DNA of 43,598 bases from Elusimicrobiota bacterium. Lineage in GTDB: Bacteria > Elusimicrobiota > Elusimicrobia > Elusimicrobiales > UBA9959. A model generated the notes under the pieces. The model saw nothing but the letters and a program-made list of their open reading frames with translations, did not search any database and was not told the DNA's origin. Where the stretch lies: contig JBAXKK010000012.1 of NCBI GenBank assembly GCA_037137395.1, forward strand, positions 1 through 43,598, given 5' to 3'. The position numbers were made by a program, and so were the translations under genes. Shown one piece after another: positions 18,867 through 28,561 of the stretch; position 1 is the stretch's first letter, and the number at the start of each line of letters is the position of its first letter.

Positions 18867-20723
18867 ATGCTCAGCTCTGGCTCCGCCGGCAAGTCAACCC
18901 TGGCCGCAATGATGGCCGGGCTGCTGCTTTGCGGGATTCTGGCGCCGGACCTGAGCCGGGCCGACACCGTTACAGATTCGCCCGTACCCGGCCTCCAAAA
19001 CAGCCTTCCGACCTCCGAAGAAACCGGATTCCTCCCTACTAAACAGGACTCGCGCCTGGCCGCGTACGAAGCCGCTATTTCCAGCGGAGACCCGGTTGCC
19101 GCCGATAAATTTTTAAAAGACACGGACCTTATCAACGCCCTGGCCGTTACCGATCCGCAGAAAGAAGCGTCTCTCAAAGCCATGGCGGCGGCGCTAAAAG
19201 ACCTTAAAGAGCTTCTGGCGATGAATTGGGATGACTCTAAAATAAACAGCCTCAATAGTGCCCTCACTATACGCATGGATGTGGGCCTCCCTTTATCAAA
19301 GGTCGGAGTGGGGCCGGAACCCGAAAAACTGCTTTCCTGGCTGGCGAAATACCAACCGGAATACCCGAAAGATAAAACCGATATCGTGAAAAAAGCCATC
19401 AGAAAGTGGGAGGATGTGTTCGGCGCTACAACCAACAGAAGCTCCGTCGACTGGCGCCCCAATGTTAATGTAGCCAAAGCAGAATGGCGGACACTGACCC
19501 TGGAAGCGCGCAACACCATAATAACCCAAATAATCAACATTGAACTCCACACATCTGCCCCCGACCCCAAGTTTCTGGCCTACAGTGACGCCGCGCTGGC
19601 CACAGTAAGGAAACAAATATCACTATCCAAGGCGGTAGAAAAGACCATAAATTCCGGGGCGCTGACGCCGGAGCAACTGGCTAAGCTTTCCGGTGAGAGT
19701 CTTTCCGATAAGGTATATTGGCTCGGTAATTTTTTTGACGGCAGCAGTATCGCGGTGAACCCGGAACTTAAGGCGCAAATCAACGCATCCAGGCGTTTGT
19801 CGGGGATGAAGACGCTGGATACAGATCGGCTCAAGTTGCTCGGCGACATGCTCAATAAATCCGTTTCAGATGAGTTGGCCGGCACTCAGGCCGGCAAAAA
19901 GGTTCTCGCATTCTACGGCGGGCAGGTGAAAATAGTCCTAAACCCCTGCGACGGGAAATACGCCCGCCATGACGCGACCACCGGCACCATAATACTTGAT
20001 TCCGAAACCATACAGCAGTATATGAGTATTAAAGGCTATACCCCCGATTCTGTTATAAAAGATAAGGAACTAGCCGAGATAGCCAAGTATATGTCCCCCG
20101 CTGTGGTTCACGAAACCTCCCTCCTTATGCAGGACGCATGGGCTAAAAAGAAAGGGTTATATAATCCGCGCGCACAGGAAAGCGAAATAGCGGCGATGTC
20201 GCTGGAAGGCTTATACACCAGTGAAAAAACGAAAAAGGATCCGGAATTTAAAAAGATACTCAAGGACAGCCGTGCTTTTTCCGACTATGCTTCCCAGCGC
20301 CTGGAAATAGCCACCGAGTTCAAAGACTCCGGCTCTAAACAATTCGCCTCGACCGTGCGCCAACGCTATTTCTCCGGACGGCCCTCCATTGATGCCGCCT
20401 CTTCACAAATACTTAACGCCGTGACAGCGGAATTGGACCGCAGAGCGGGCATGAGTCAGGCGGAAAAAGCCTCTGTTGATTCTTCAGCCCTCACCCTGGA
20501 GGAAGCGTTGGAGATGACGCCCGCTGAACTGGCCGGCACTGCCGGACTGGCTGGCACTGCCGGAGAGCTCTCCACACCCGCGCTTGAAAAACTCCGCAAA
20601 GACATGGCCAATCTGGCGCCCTACAAAGACAGCTACGAAGCGTCCGACGCCGATATCCGCACGGCGCTCAAGAGCAGGAGGGCCGGCTCGGCCGCCAAAA
20701 AAGGAGCACCCCCGGCATTATGA
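18867..20723 (+). CDS. Exported hypothetical protein with a possible degenerate zincin-like motif
   Basis: 618-aa ORF, hydrophobic N-terminus, VVHETSLLMQ..QESEIAAM; ATGA-coupled to the next gene. Confidence 0.7.
   Translation: MLSSGSAGKSTLAAMMAGLLLCGILAPDLSRADTVTDSPVPGLQNSLPTSEETGFLPTKQDSRLAAYEAAISSGDPVAADKFLKDTDLINALAVTDPQKEASLKAMAAALKDLKELLAMNWDDSKINSLNSALTIRMDVGLPLSKVGVGPEPEKLLSWLAKYQPEYPKDKTDIVKKAIRKWEDVFGATTNRSSVDWRPNVNVAKAEWRTLTLEARNTIITQIINIELHTSAPDPKFLAYSDAALATVRKQISLSKAVEKTINSGALTPEQLAKLSGESLSDKVYWLGNFFDGSSIAVNPELKAQINASRRLSGMKTLDTDRLKLLGDMLNKSVSDELAGTQAGKKVLAFYGGQVKIVLNPCDGKYARHDATTGTIILDSETIQQYMSIKGYTPDSVIKDKELAEIAKYMSPAVVHETSLLMQDAWAKKKGLYNPRAQESEIAAMSLEGLYTSEKTKKDPEFKKILKDSRAFSDYASQRLEIATEFKDSGSKQFASTVRQRYFSGRPSIDAASSQILNAVTAELDRRAGMSQAEKASVDSSALTLEEALEMTPAELAGTAGLAGTAGELSTPALEKLRKDMANLAPYKDSYEASDADIRTALKSRRAGSAAKKGAPPAL
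20529..20564 (+). repeat. In-frame 18-bp tandem duplication (LAGTAG x2)
   Basis: CTGGCCGGCACTGCCGGA / CTGGCTGGCACTGCCGGA, one mismatch. Confidence 0.85.
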
Positions 20724-21310
20724 AAACATTCCTCCTCATATTGACAGCCTTCTCCGTTGCGGCCGCTTTAGCGGCGGCCGGGGGCACGGCCAAACCCGCT
20801 GCCCTGCAGTTCAAGACATACACTATGGATAATAATTATTTTTCCTGCATCGCACCTGAAGGATGGAGCATGGCGAGAGAAAAAGACAGGGATGAAAAGT
20901 ATGAGATATACGAGATAGAATTCCTGGCCCCCCAGTCGGCCAGATCTCCCGCGACCATCCGGGTTTCCTATTACGCCAAAGACAACCCGGACTTTAGCGG
21001 CTACGAAGACTTTGTCGAGAGCAACTCGCAGAATATCCTGGGAGAAACCAAGAGCGAAAGAGAGAACTACGAGCCGGTCAAAAAAATAAAACTCAACGGA
21101 CGGGAAGCTTTCGAATTATCGCGCACTAAAATGACCTACCTGCACCCTGAAAGCAAATCCGACGAGAGCGTACAGAGGAAGGACAAAATATATGTCCTTC
21201 CGGCCAAAGAGGGTTTTTACGCGCTTAAATTCTCAGCATCCACAGCCGCGTTTATTAAAAACCTGCCGGTGTTTGAAAAAATAGCGAAAAGCTTTAAAGG
21301 CAAACCCTGA
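20720..21310 (+). CDS. Exported hypothetical protein, possibly PsbP/DcrB-like fold
   Basis: Signal peptide, FSCIAPEGW, LNGREA, terminal FEKIAKSFK pattern. Confidence 0.65.
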   Translation: MKTFLLILTAFSVAAALAAAGGTAKPAALQFKTYTMDNNYFSCIAPEGWSMAREKDRDEKYEIYEIEFLAPQSARSPATIRVSYYAKDNPDFSGYEDFVESNSQNILGETKSERENYEPVKKIKLNGREAFELSRTKMTYLHPESKSDESVQRKDKIYVLPAKEGFYALKFSASTAAFIKNLPVFEKIAKSFKGKP

Positions 21311-21338
21311 GACGACCGCCCGCCTACCGCCAATAGCG

Positions 21339-21369
21339 AACGCCGCGGCTTTTAGCGCGCGGCGTTTTT
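21339..21369. terminator. Terminator hairpin between convergent genes
   Basis: AACGCCGCG..CGCGGCGTT stem followed by a T run. Confidence 0.7.
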
Positions 21370-21372
21370 AAT

Positions 21373-22485
21373 TTATATTTCTTTTTCGTAGATGCGGAAC
21401 TTTTTATAGACCTTGGCGCCTACCGCCAGGATAACGTTATTGATCAAATCATTATCCTCCAGCGTCCAGGAGAGATCGCCGTATTCCCACCCCATCTTTA
21501 CGACTGACGCCAAAGCCTGCTTGATAAGAAGAAGCTCCAGCCCGCGGCCCCGGAATTCTTTTTTAACGCCTAAGGCCAGCAGCCGGCCGCGGTTGATCCT
21601 GGAAAACATTTTATAAAGAAACGGGAGGATATTAAGGGGATTAAGGGCACCGTTGACCACCTTGAGAGCGGCGTTGAAATCGGGCAGGAGAAGAACGAAG
21701 CCGGCCGGACGGCCGTCCACTTTAACAAAATACAGATACTCGGGCTTAAGAAGCGGCTTGAGGGACCGGGCCATCTCATCCATCTCCTCGTTGGTCATCG
21801 GCACAAAGCCCCAATTATTATCCCAGGCGGCGTTATAAATATCTTTCAGGTCGGCCAGCGCCTTATCTATGCGCTTTATATCTACCAGCTCCACCTTGAT
21901 ATTCCCGGCTCGGGTCATCCGCCGCACTATCTTATCCAGCCTTTCGGGAAAACCATCCTTGGTGTAAGCCTGAAAGGCGTAAAGATCCTTAACCTTGGCG
22001 AAACCGGAGGCGGAAATGAGATCAGCGTAATATGGCGGATTATACGGCATCATAACCATGGGCGGGGAGTCGAAACCCTCCACAAGGAGGCCGCAGGATT
22101 CGTTGGTGGAAGGATTAACCGGGCCTCTGACTTTATCCATCCCCTTGGCCTTGATCCATTTAAGCGCCGCGTCAAACAGGCCCGCGGAGGCTTCGCTATC
22201 ATCCATACAGTCGAAAAATCCGAAAAACCCGCACTTCTCATTATGAAACGCGTTGTGTTTGCTGTTTATGATGGCCGCTATACGGCCGACGGGCCGGCCG
22301 TCCCTGTAAGCCATAAAAAGCCTGCGTTCGCCGTGACGCCAGAAAGGATGGTTCAACCCCAGCAAGTGAACAACGTCCTTTTTGAGTTCACCAACCCAAT
22401 AGGGATGGCCCTTGAAAAGGTTGTAAGGGAATTCCACAAAAGCGCCGATGGCGCTTTCATCAAGCTCTTTTATTTCTAATGGCAT
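21373..22485 (-). CDS. YghO-like GNAT-fold protein, probable bacterial ceramide synthase (bCerS-like)
   Basis: GRIAA, GFFGFFD, GLLVEGFD..MMPYNPPYY, WGFVP, C-terminal GNAT LGVKKEFRGRG; 1 nt from the SPT-like gene. Confidence 0.75.
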   Translation of the reverse strand: MPLEIKELDESAIGAFVEFPYNLFKGHPYWVGELKKDVVHLLGLNHPFWRHGERRLFMAYRDGRPVGRIAAIINSKHNAFHNEKCGFFGFFDCMDDSEASAGLFDAALKWIKAKGMDKVRGPVNPSTNESCGLLVEGFDSPPMVMMPYNPPYYADLISASGFAKVKDLYAFQAYTKDGFPERLDKIVRRMTRAGNIKVELVDIKRIDKALADLKDIYNAAWDNNWGFVPMTNEEMDEMARSLKPLLKPEYLYFVKVDGRPAGFVLLLPDFNAALKVVNGALNPLNILPFLYKMFSRINRGRLLALGVKKEFRGRGLELLLIKQALASVVKMGWEYGDLSWTLEDNDLINNVILAVGAKVYKKFRIYEKEI

Positions 22486-22486
22486 T

Positions 22487-23695
22487 TTATCTTGTCAGAA
22501 TGGGAGTCTTTTTTTTAAGGACTTTTTTATAACAGTCCTCGAAAATGTTCAGGGCGCGGTCAAGGTGATCTCTGGTATGAGTGGCCGTCACAACCACGCG
22601 CAGGAGCGAGCGTTTTGGGGGCACAGCGGGGCTTACCACCGGGTTGGTGAAGATGCCTTTATCATAGAGCGCTTTCCAGAGAGCGAATGTTTTCATATTA
22701 TCGCCTATAAGCACCGGGATAATAGGAGTCTGGGTCTCTCCGGTATTGCAGCCCATGGCTTTGAAGCGCGCCATCAGGTACCTGGAATTATCCCAGAGCT
22801 TTTTAATGCGCTGGGGCTCGCTCTCGATAATATCTATGGCTTTAGAAATGGCAGCAACGGAGGCCGGCGGCAGGGCGGCGGAAAAGATCATGGAGCGGGA
22901 GAGGTGCTGTATATAATGCATAAGCTCCGCGTCGCCCACGGCGAAACCGCCGATGGAGGCAAAAGATTTAGAACAGGTCCCTACCACGATGTCCACGTCT
23001 TTGTTAGTAAGGCCGAAATGTTCGCAGGTGCCGCGTCCTCTGGGGCCCAGCACTCCGGTCGCGTGCGCGTCATCCACCATCAGCCTGGCTCCGTATTTCT
23101 TGCAAAGCCTGGATATTTCCGGAACTGGGGCGATGTCACCCTCCATTGAGAAAACCCCGTCCACTATCACAAGTTTGCCGTGCTTGGGGCCAGCTTCTTT
23201 AAGAACCCGCTCAAGGTCTTCGGTATTATTGTGCTTATAGCGGCGTATCTCTCCCCCGGAAAGCCGGCAACCGTCCAGGATGCTGGCATGGTCCAGCTTA
23301 TCCACTATAACGATGTCGCCCTTCCCGACAAGCGCGGAAACCACTCCCAGATTCATCTGGTAGCCGGTAGCGTACACCAGCGCGGCTTCCCGGCATTTAA
23401 ACGCGGCCAGCTTGCGCTCCAGCTCAGTGTGAAGGATCGTGTTCCCGTTTAAAAATCTGGACCCGGCGACGCCTGTGCCGAACTTATTCACGGCGTCTAT
23501 CGCAGCCTTCTTCATTCTGGGATCGTTAGCGAGACCCAGGTAGTTGTTGGAGCCGAACATTATAAATTTTCTGCCCTGGATGGTAACCTCGGGGGCCTGC
23601 TCGGATGAGAGCTCTTTAAAGTAGGGATATATGCCGGCCGCCATAAGCTGCTTAGCGAGATGGAAGTTCCTGCATTTTTCAAATATATCTTTCAT
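22487..23695 (-). CDS. spt: Alpha-oxoamine synthase, probable serine palmitoyltransferase
   Basis: GIYPYF, GSNNYLGL, GSRFLNG, DHASI, DDAH, GTCSKS (PLP Lys); neighbour is bCerS-like, no bio genes adjacent. Confidence 0.75.
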   Translation of the reverse strand: MKDIFEKCRNFHLAKQLMAAGIYPYFKELSSEQAPEVTIQGRKFIMFGSNNYLGLANDPRMKKAAIDAVNKFGTGVAGSRFLNGNTILHTELERKLAAFKCREAALVYATGYQMNLGVVSALVGKGDIVIVDKLDHASILDGCRLSGGEIRRYKHNNTEDLERVLKEAGPKHGKLVIVDGVFSMEGDIAPVPEISRLCKKYGARLMVDDAHATGVLGPRGRGTCEHFGLTNKDVDIVVGTCSKSFASIGGFAVGDAELMHYIQHLSRSMIFSAALPPASVAAISKAIDIIESEPQRIKKLWDNSRYLMARFKAMGCNTGETQTPIIPVLIGDNMKTFALWKALYDKGIFTNPVVSPAVPPKRSLLRVVVTATHTRDHLDRALNIFEDCYKKVLKKKTPILTR

Positions 23696-23894
23696 TGTTA
23701 CCTCAATAGCAAATTCGGGGATCAGGAATTAAAGCGTGAAACTCCGAAAGCTTTACGCCCTGCTTTCAATCCTGATACAAGCGCCCAACCATCATCCCTA
23801 TTTTATTAAATTTAGGGGGCCAATCATAGGAAAAAAGCCTAAAAAAAGAGGACTAGCCGTAAAGGAAGAGCTTGTGTCGCCAAACGCTCTAATC

Positions 23895-24380
23895 TTACGG
23901 TCTTCCAATCCTCTTTTTTGCGTCTATCTTCTTTATAAGCCCGGTCGTAGACCGCCCTTTGACCAGGGAAACCCTGACGGTCCGGCCGGAAAACTCCCGC
24001 CCAACTATCTCACCATGGGCGTAATCCGACCCTTTGACCAGAATATCCGGCCTCAGAGCTTTTATGAGTTTATAAGGGGTGTCAGCGGTAAAGGGCACGA
24101 CCATATCCACGGCCTCCAGCGCCGCCAGCACCCTGGCCCTGTCATTAAGGCTGTTAAGCGGTCTGGAAGGGCCTTTTAACCTGCGGACGGATGCGTCGGA
24201 GTTGAGCCCCACGATAAGAATATCACCGAATGAGCGGGATTTTTCCAGCAGCCAAACATGGCCGGAATGAATAATATCGAAACACCCGTTGGTGAAAACT
24301 GTTTTTTTTCCGGCCGACGCGGCTTTGCCCCTGGCTGCCAAAGCCTTTTTCAAGGTCACGATTTTATGTTTTGTGGTCAT
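23895..24380 (-). CDS. rfaE2: D-glycero-beta-D-manno-heptose 1-phosphate adenylyltransferase
   Basis: [37 protein letters not shown]. Confidence 0.92.
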   Translation of the reverse strand: MTTKHKIVTLKKALAARGKAASAGKKTVFTNGCFDIIHSGHVWLLEKSRSFGDILIVGLNSDASVRRLKGPSRPLNSLNDRARVLAALEAVDMVVPFTADTPYKLIKALRPDILVKGSDYAHGEIVGREFSGRTVRVSLVKGRSTTGLIKKIDAKKRIGRP

Positions 24381-24386
24381 AACTAA

Positions 24387-24459
24387 TAAGGATCAGGGAT
24401 TAAGCATTAAATTGTATAACTCTGCCGCCTACCACTTATAATCTGCTGCTTAATCCTTA
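24387..24459. repeat. Heptamer-periodic inverted repeat element, copy A
   Basis: TAAGGAT CAGGGAT TAAGCAT ... CTTAATC CTTA. Confidence 0.65.
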
Positions 24460-25794
24460 TTTCAACAGCCTTTCCATAAAACCCGTGTCAACGTTCCCGT
24501 CCTGGAATTCCGGGGACTCTACGATCATCTTGTGTAAGTCGATAGTAGTTGATATACCGCTGACCTTAAATTCGCCCAAAGCGCGCCTGGACCGGGCGAT
24601 GGCGGCCGCGCGATCAGAGCCCCATACAATCAGTTTAGCTAACATGCTGTCGTAGTAAATCGGGAGTTTGTATCCCTGATACATATGCGTGTCCAGCCTG
24701 ATACCGGGCCCGCCGGGGGCGACCCACTCCTCTATTCGTCCTACCGAAGGCGCGAAATTCCTGGAAAAATCTTCGGCGTTGATACGGTACTCTATAGCAT
24801 GACCGTCAAACGCGGACGCCCTGGCGCGGGACAGGCTGAGCTTTTCGCCTGCAGCTATCAGGATCTGTTCCCTGACCAGATCTGTCCGGGTTATAGTTTC
24901 TGTCACGGGATGCTCAACCTGCAGGCGGGTGTTAACTTCCATAAAATAGAACTTCTTTTCCCGGTCCATCAGGAATTCCACCGTGCCCACTCCAACATAA
25001 TCGGCGGTGTCGGCCAGGCTGATGGCGGCTTCCTCAAGCTTGTCGCGCAATTTCTGATTCACGGCGGGAGAGGGAGACTCCTCCACCAGCTTCTGATGGC
25101 GGCGTTGTATGGAACAATCGCGCTCCGGAAAAGCTACGGCATTACCCTTGGAGTCACGGGCGAATTGCACTTCTACGTGACGGGGATTCTCTATGTATTT
25201 TTCAAAATAAACGTCTCCATTATTGAACGCGGACCGGGCCTCGGAGGAGGCCATATTAAATTCGTGGTCAAGCTGCTCCTTTTCCCTGACAATACGTATT
25301 CCCTTCCCTCCGCCGCCGGCCGCGGCCTTTATCATGATAGGAAAACCGATCTGCTCGGCTTCTTTTAAGAAATCTTTAGTGACACAGTCTTTGGTGCCCG
25401 GGGTAACCGGAATGCCGCCTTTGACAGCTATCTTGCGGGCGCTGGATTTATGCCCAAGCATCTCTATCGCTTTTGGACTCGGGCCTATAAAAACTATGCC
25501 GTTTTCCGCACAGGCGGCTGAAAAGACCGGATTTTCCGACAGGAACCCGTAGCCGGGATGTACCGCTTCAGAACCCGTCACCTTCGCCGCGGATATTATG
25601 GCGGAGATGTTCAGATAGCTTTCCCTGGCCATGGCCGGACCAATGCAGACAGCTTCATCGGCTTCTCTAACATGCAGGCAGGAACGATCAGCCTCGGAAT
25701 AAACAGCCACTGATTTAATGCCCATTTCCTTTAAAGTGCGTATAACCCTGATGGCGATCTCACCACGATTTGCAACCAATATCTTCTTAAACAT
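24457..25794 (-). CDS. accC: Biotin carboxylase
   Basis: ANRGEIA, HPGYGFLSEN, GGGGKG, RDCSIQRRHQK, EVNTRLQVEH. Confidence 0.96.
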   Translation of the reverse strand: MFKKILVANRGEIAIRVIRTLKEMGIKSVAVYSEADRSCLHVREADEAVCIGPAMARESYLNISAIISAAKVTGSEAVHPGYGFLSENPVFSAACAENGIVFIGPSPKAIEMLGHKSSARKIAVKGGIPVTPGTKDCVTKDFLKEAEQIGFPIMIKAAAGGGGKGIRIVREKEQLDHEFNMASSEARSAFNNGDVYFEKYIENPRHVEVQFARDSKGNAVAFPERDCSIQRRHQKLVEESPSPAVNQKLRDKLEEAAISLADTADYVGVGTVEFLMDREKKFYFMEVNTRLQVEHPVTETITRTDLVREQILIAAGEKLSLSRARASAFDGHAIEYRINAEDFSRNFAPSVGRIEEWVAPGGPGIRLDTHMYQGYKLPIYYDSMLAKLIVWGSDRAAAIARSRRALGEFKVSGISTTIDLHKMIVESPEFQDGNVDTGFMERLLK

Positions 25795-25863
25795 GTCTAA
25801 TAACCTCCCAAATGACCACGGAATAAATTTGTTGAACTAAAAACTAGGGGCAATCCGCAGAGC

Positions 25864-27531
25864 CTACTCCCTTTGCCGCGCAGCCGCTTTTCGCTGAGGC
25901 CGCGCGTCCTCCTCAAGCCTTATAATAACACCGGTCCACAGGTTCACCATGAACGCATACACGCTTTTAACATCTTTTTGCCGCGTACTGGGATTTAACC
26001 CTTCCTGCCAAAGCACCACGCGGTATTCCGGGCCGGACAGATGCGCGGCCACCCAATTATCCTTCGGCATATACCGCATGTTTTTGGGGCCGAGCCGTGC
26101 GGCTGTGGAATCCAGCGCTTTACGCCTTAATTCACCGAAGGGCGGCAAATCGGCTCTGGATCTTGTCTGCTGGGCGAAGAGTATGGCGTCCGCGCGCGCT
26201 TCGCCGTTCATAAATCTCATGCGCCTGACCACCTCGGCGCGGTTCGGCTCATCCGTACACACGCTGTCGGCCTTAAGCATATCGTCCAGAGCTGAGTCAT
26301 ATTTTTTAAGTTTCACGTAAGTATCGGCCCGGCTCAGCAAAAGGTTGCACTGGTCCCTCGCGGATCCAATCCCGGATTTAAGCAGTTCAGCGTACGCGTC
26401 CAGCGCCAACTCAAGCTTCCTCACGAAACGCAGGCTGTCGGCGTGATAAAATTTGAACCAGAAAAGTTCCTCGGCGGTAAATCCCACCGGATAAGTGGCG
26501 GCAGAAACAACTGTCTTCCTGCAGGAATCGACCGCTTCGTCGTAAAGCCCCATAAAGAACTCGGACGCGCACAGGTAGCCGAAACTGCGCGGGTCCATCG
26601 GGTCGGTGAGGTATAACTTCTGGGCCAGGAACAGCGCCTGGGGATAATTTTGTTTGGCAATGGCCGTATCTATGGGGTCAAAGAGCATCCAGATATATGG
26701 CCGCGTCCAGTTATTATGCTCTTTAACAAAGGAGATATAGTCGGTGCGCCAGGGTTCTGTGCCCACCCGCAGCTGATAGCGCACCATGGCGGCCTCCGCC
26801 TCCATAACAAACACCGCCACATCGCTAAACTTCCAGGCCGGGACATTATCGTAATACTGTTTGCTGTAATCAACGTAATCCTTCATTGAGCAGGCCGACT
26901 TGGAATTAGTGGAAAGCATCGCGTAAGCTTCTTCATACCGGCCGGTAGAAAGCTTTTTAAGATAATTATTGGCGGCCATCTTGAGCGAAAATTTGGACAT
27001 ATGAGGCGCCGCTATCAGCCACAGTAAAAAACTCAGAACCGCCAACAACCCGGCGATCATAAGCGCGCCATAAATTTTTCTGGAAGAAAATGAAATTCTG
27101 GAGGTCAGTTGGAGCTTGTCGGTCTTGGGCGGTCCGGCAATGACCGGAACTTGCGGCGCGGTAGGAGCCAAAACCGGGGCTGCAGGATTATTGGACGGCG
27201 GGCGGTTCCTGAAAGAAGCCTCTTTTTCGGCCACCGTATCCTGTATCGGCTGCATTTCGAATTGAAATTTGGGATTTGCCTTTGGGGCGACTGTTTTGTC
27301 GTGAGGGGGGGCGGGCCTGACCATATTATCGCCGGCCTCAACGGGGCGCATGGCTTTAAGCGTCAGCAGCACGCCGCACTGGTCGCAGTAGTTCTTTTCC
27401 ACCTCGTTTGAAAAACCACAGTCGCCGCAGATCTTCTCAAGCCTGGAGCCGCACAGGATACAAGTATCGCTTATAATGTTGGACACGTGTCCGCATTTCT
27501 GACATTTTATAACGGCGGATTTTTGAGACAT
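25864..27531 (-). CDS. Membrane protein: double zinc ribbon, Pro-rich linker, TM helix, TPR-like repeats
   Basis: CQKC..CILC..CGDC..CDQC, one TM helix, C-terminal helical repeats (YDEAVDSC, YDSALDDM); start taken at ATG 27531. Confidence 0.75.
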   Translation of the reverse strand: MSQKSAVIKCQKCGHVSNIISDTCILCGSRLEKICGDCGFSNEVEKNYCDQCGVLLTLKAMRPVEAGDNMVRPAPPHDKTVAPKANPKFQFEMQPIQDTVAEKEASFRNRPPSNNPAAPVLAPTAPQVPVIAGPPKTDKLQLTSRISFSSRKIYGALMIAGLLAVLSFLLWLIAAPHMSKFSLKMAANNYLKKLSTGRYEEAYAMLSTNSKSACSMKDYVDYSKQYYDNVPAWKFSDVAVFVMEAEAAMVRYQLRVGTEPWRTDYISFVKEHNNWTRPYIWMLFDPIDTAIAKQNYPQALFLAQKLYLTDPMDPRSFGYLCASEFFMGLYDEAVDSCRKTVVSAATYPVGFTAEELFWFKFYHADSLRFVRKLELALDAYAELLKSGIGSARDQCNLLLSRADTYVKLKKYDSALDDMLKADSVCTDEPNRAEVVRRMRFMNGEARADAILFAQQTRSRADLPPFGELRRKALDSTAARLGPKNMRYMPKDNWVAAHLSGPEYRVVLWQEGLNPSTRQKDVKSVYAFMVNLWTGVIIRLEEDARPQRKAAARQRE

Positions 27532-27608
27532 AATGTGGAGTGCAGGGGAAGGCAGAAACAAGGAGTTTTAAACTATATCCCAACCCCTCTACCGCGCACC
27601 CTTTCTTT

Positions 27609-27986
27609 TTACCTGGGTTCGATGAAGAACAATGGCTGTCCGTATTCAACGATCTTTCCATCTTCAACGGAAATAATTTTAAGACACCCGCCTATCGGAG
27701 AGATGACCGGCTTGAAGTCTTTCGCCACTTCCACCACGCCCAATTCAGCGCCTTTCTTCACAGGCATACCCTCTTTGAGGCTATGCGCCTTGCCGGGGCG
27801 CGCAAAACGGAAGATTCCGATTGAGGGAGACGCCACCGGCTCTATGGTGGAGGAAAATTTGCTGTGGGACTCGGGGGAATTGTTAACTTTGAGGCTGATC
27901 TTTTCACCGCCGTTCTTCCAGGTTATCTCTTCCAGGTCAGTGGATTCCATCCACTTGGTTATCTTGCTGAGAGTCTTAACATCCAT
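27609..27986 (-). CDS. accB: Biotin carboxyl carrier protein-like, non-canonical biotinylation motif
   Basis: N-terminal MDVKTL..LEEI, SPSIGIF, VEYGQPLF; EVAKD in place of EAMKM; SD GGAGG before ATG 27986. Confidence 0.75.
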   Translation of the reverse strand: MDVKTLSKITKWMESTDLEEITWKNGGEKISLKVNNSPESHSKFSSTIEPVASPSIGIFRFARPGKAHSLKEGMPVKKGAELGVVEVAKDFKPVISPIGGCLKIISVEDGKIVEYGQPLFFIEPR

Positions 27987-28011
27987 TGATTCCTCCATGT
28001 TAAAAACGTTT

Positions 28012-28107
28012 TAAGGATTAAGCACTAAGGATTAAGTTTTTAACTATTACGGCTTCCCTATATACTCCACACCGCTTATGCCTTAATCCTTACCACTTAC
28101 GACTTCG
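28012..28107. repeat. Heptamer-periodic inverted repeat element, copy B
   Basis: TAAGGAT TAAGCAC TAAGGAT TAAGTTT ... CTTATGC CTTAATC CTTACCA CTTACGA. Confidence 0.8.
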
Positions 28108-28557
28108 CTACAGCCCCGCTTCCGAAGGATTGAATGGCTTTGGCAAGAGCCTGGAAGCCCGGGTATAGGTAATCTTTTCCTTCTTTTCAAGCGGCTCCCA
28201 ATCCACGCATATAATTTCCGCGTCCTTTAGAGCGAACTCGATTATAACCTGCCGGCAGGCACCGCAGGGTTTGGCCGACTTCGCCGTCACGCACACGGCG
28301 CATAATTTTTTTTCGCCATGGCTCACGGCTTTAAAAATGGCCACGCGCTCCGCGCAGCAGGCCAGACCGAACGAGGCGTTCTCGACATTGCATCCGGAAT
28401 ATATCCTGCCGGATTCGGCCAAAACGGCGGCTCCCACCGGATAGCGTGAATACGGCGAGTATGAGTTCTTCTGAGCGTTCTTAGCCGCCTCTATAAGTTT
28501 CTTGCGGACGGAGTTTATCCGGGCCTTTCTACTGCGATTTTGGGCTTCTTTCTTCAT
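28108..28557 (-). CDS. cdd: Cytidine deaminase (homotetrameric type)
   Basis: YSPYS, GCNVENAS, CAE, PCGACRQ. Confidence 0.95.
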   Translation of the reverse strand: MKKEAQNRSRKARINSVRKKLIEAAKNAQKNSYSPYSRYPVGAAVLAESGRIYSGCNVENASFGLACCAERVAIFKAVSHGEKKLCAVCVTAKSAKPCGACRQVIIEFALKDAEIICVDWEPLEKKEKITYTRASRLLPKPFNPSEAGL

Positions 28558-28561
28558 AAGT

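Noticed and set aside
22487..23695. Annotation as bioF or kbl
   Set aside because: No bio or tdh genes adjacent; N-terminal motifs and the bCerS-like neighbour favour Spt, though phylogeny is needed
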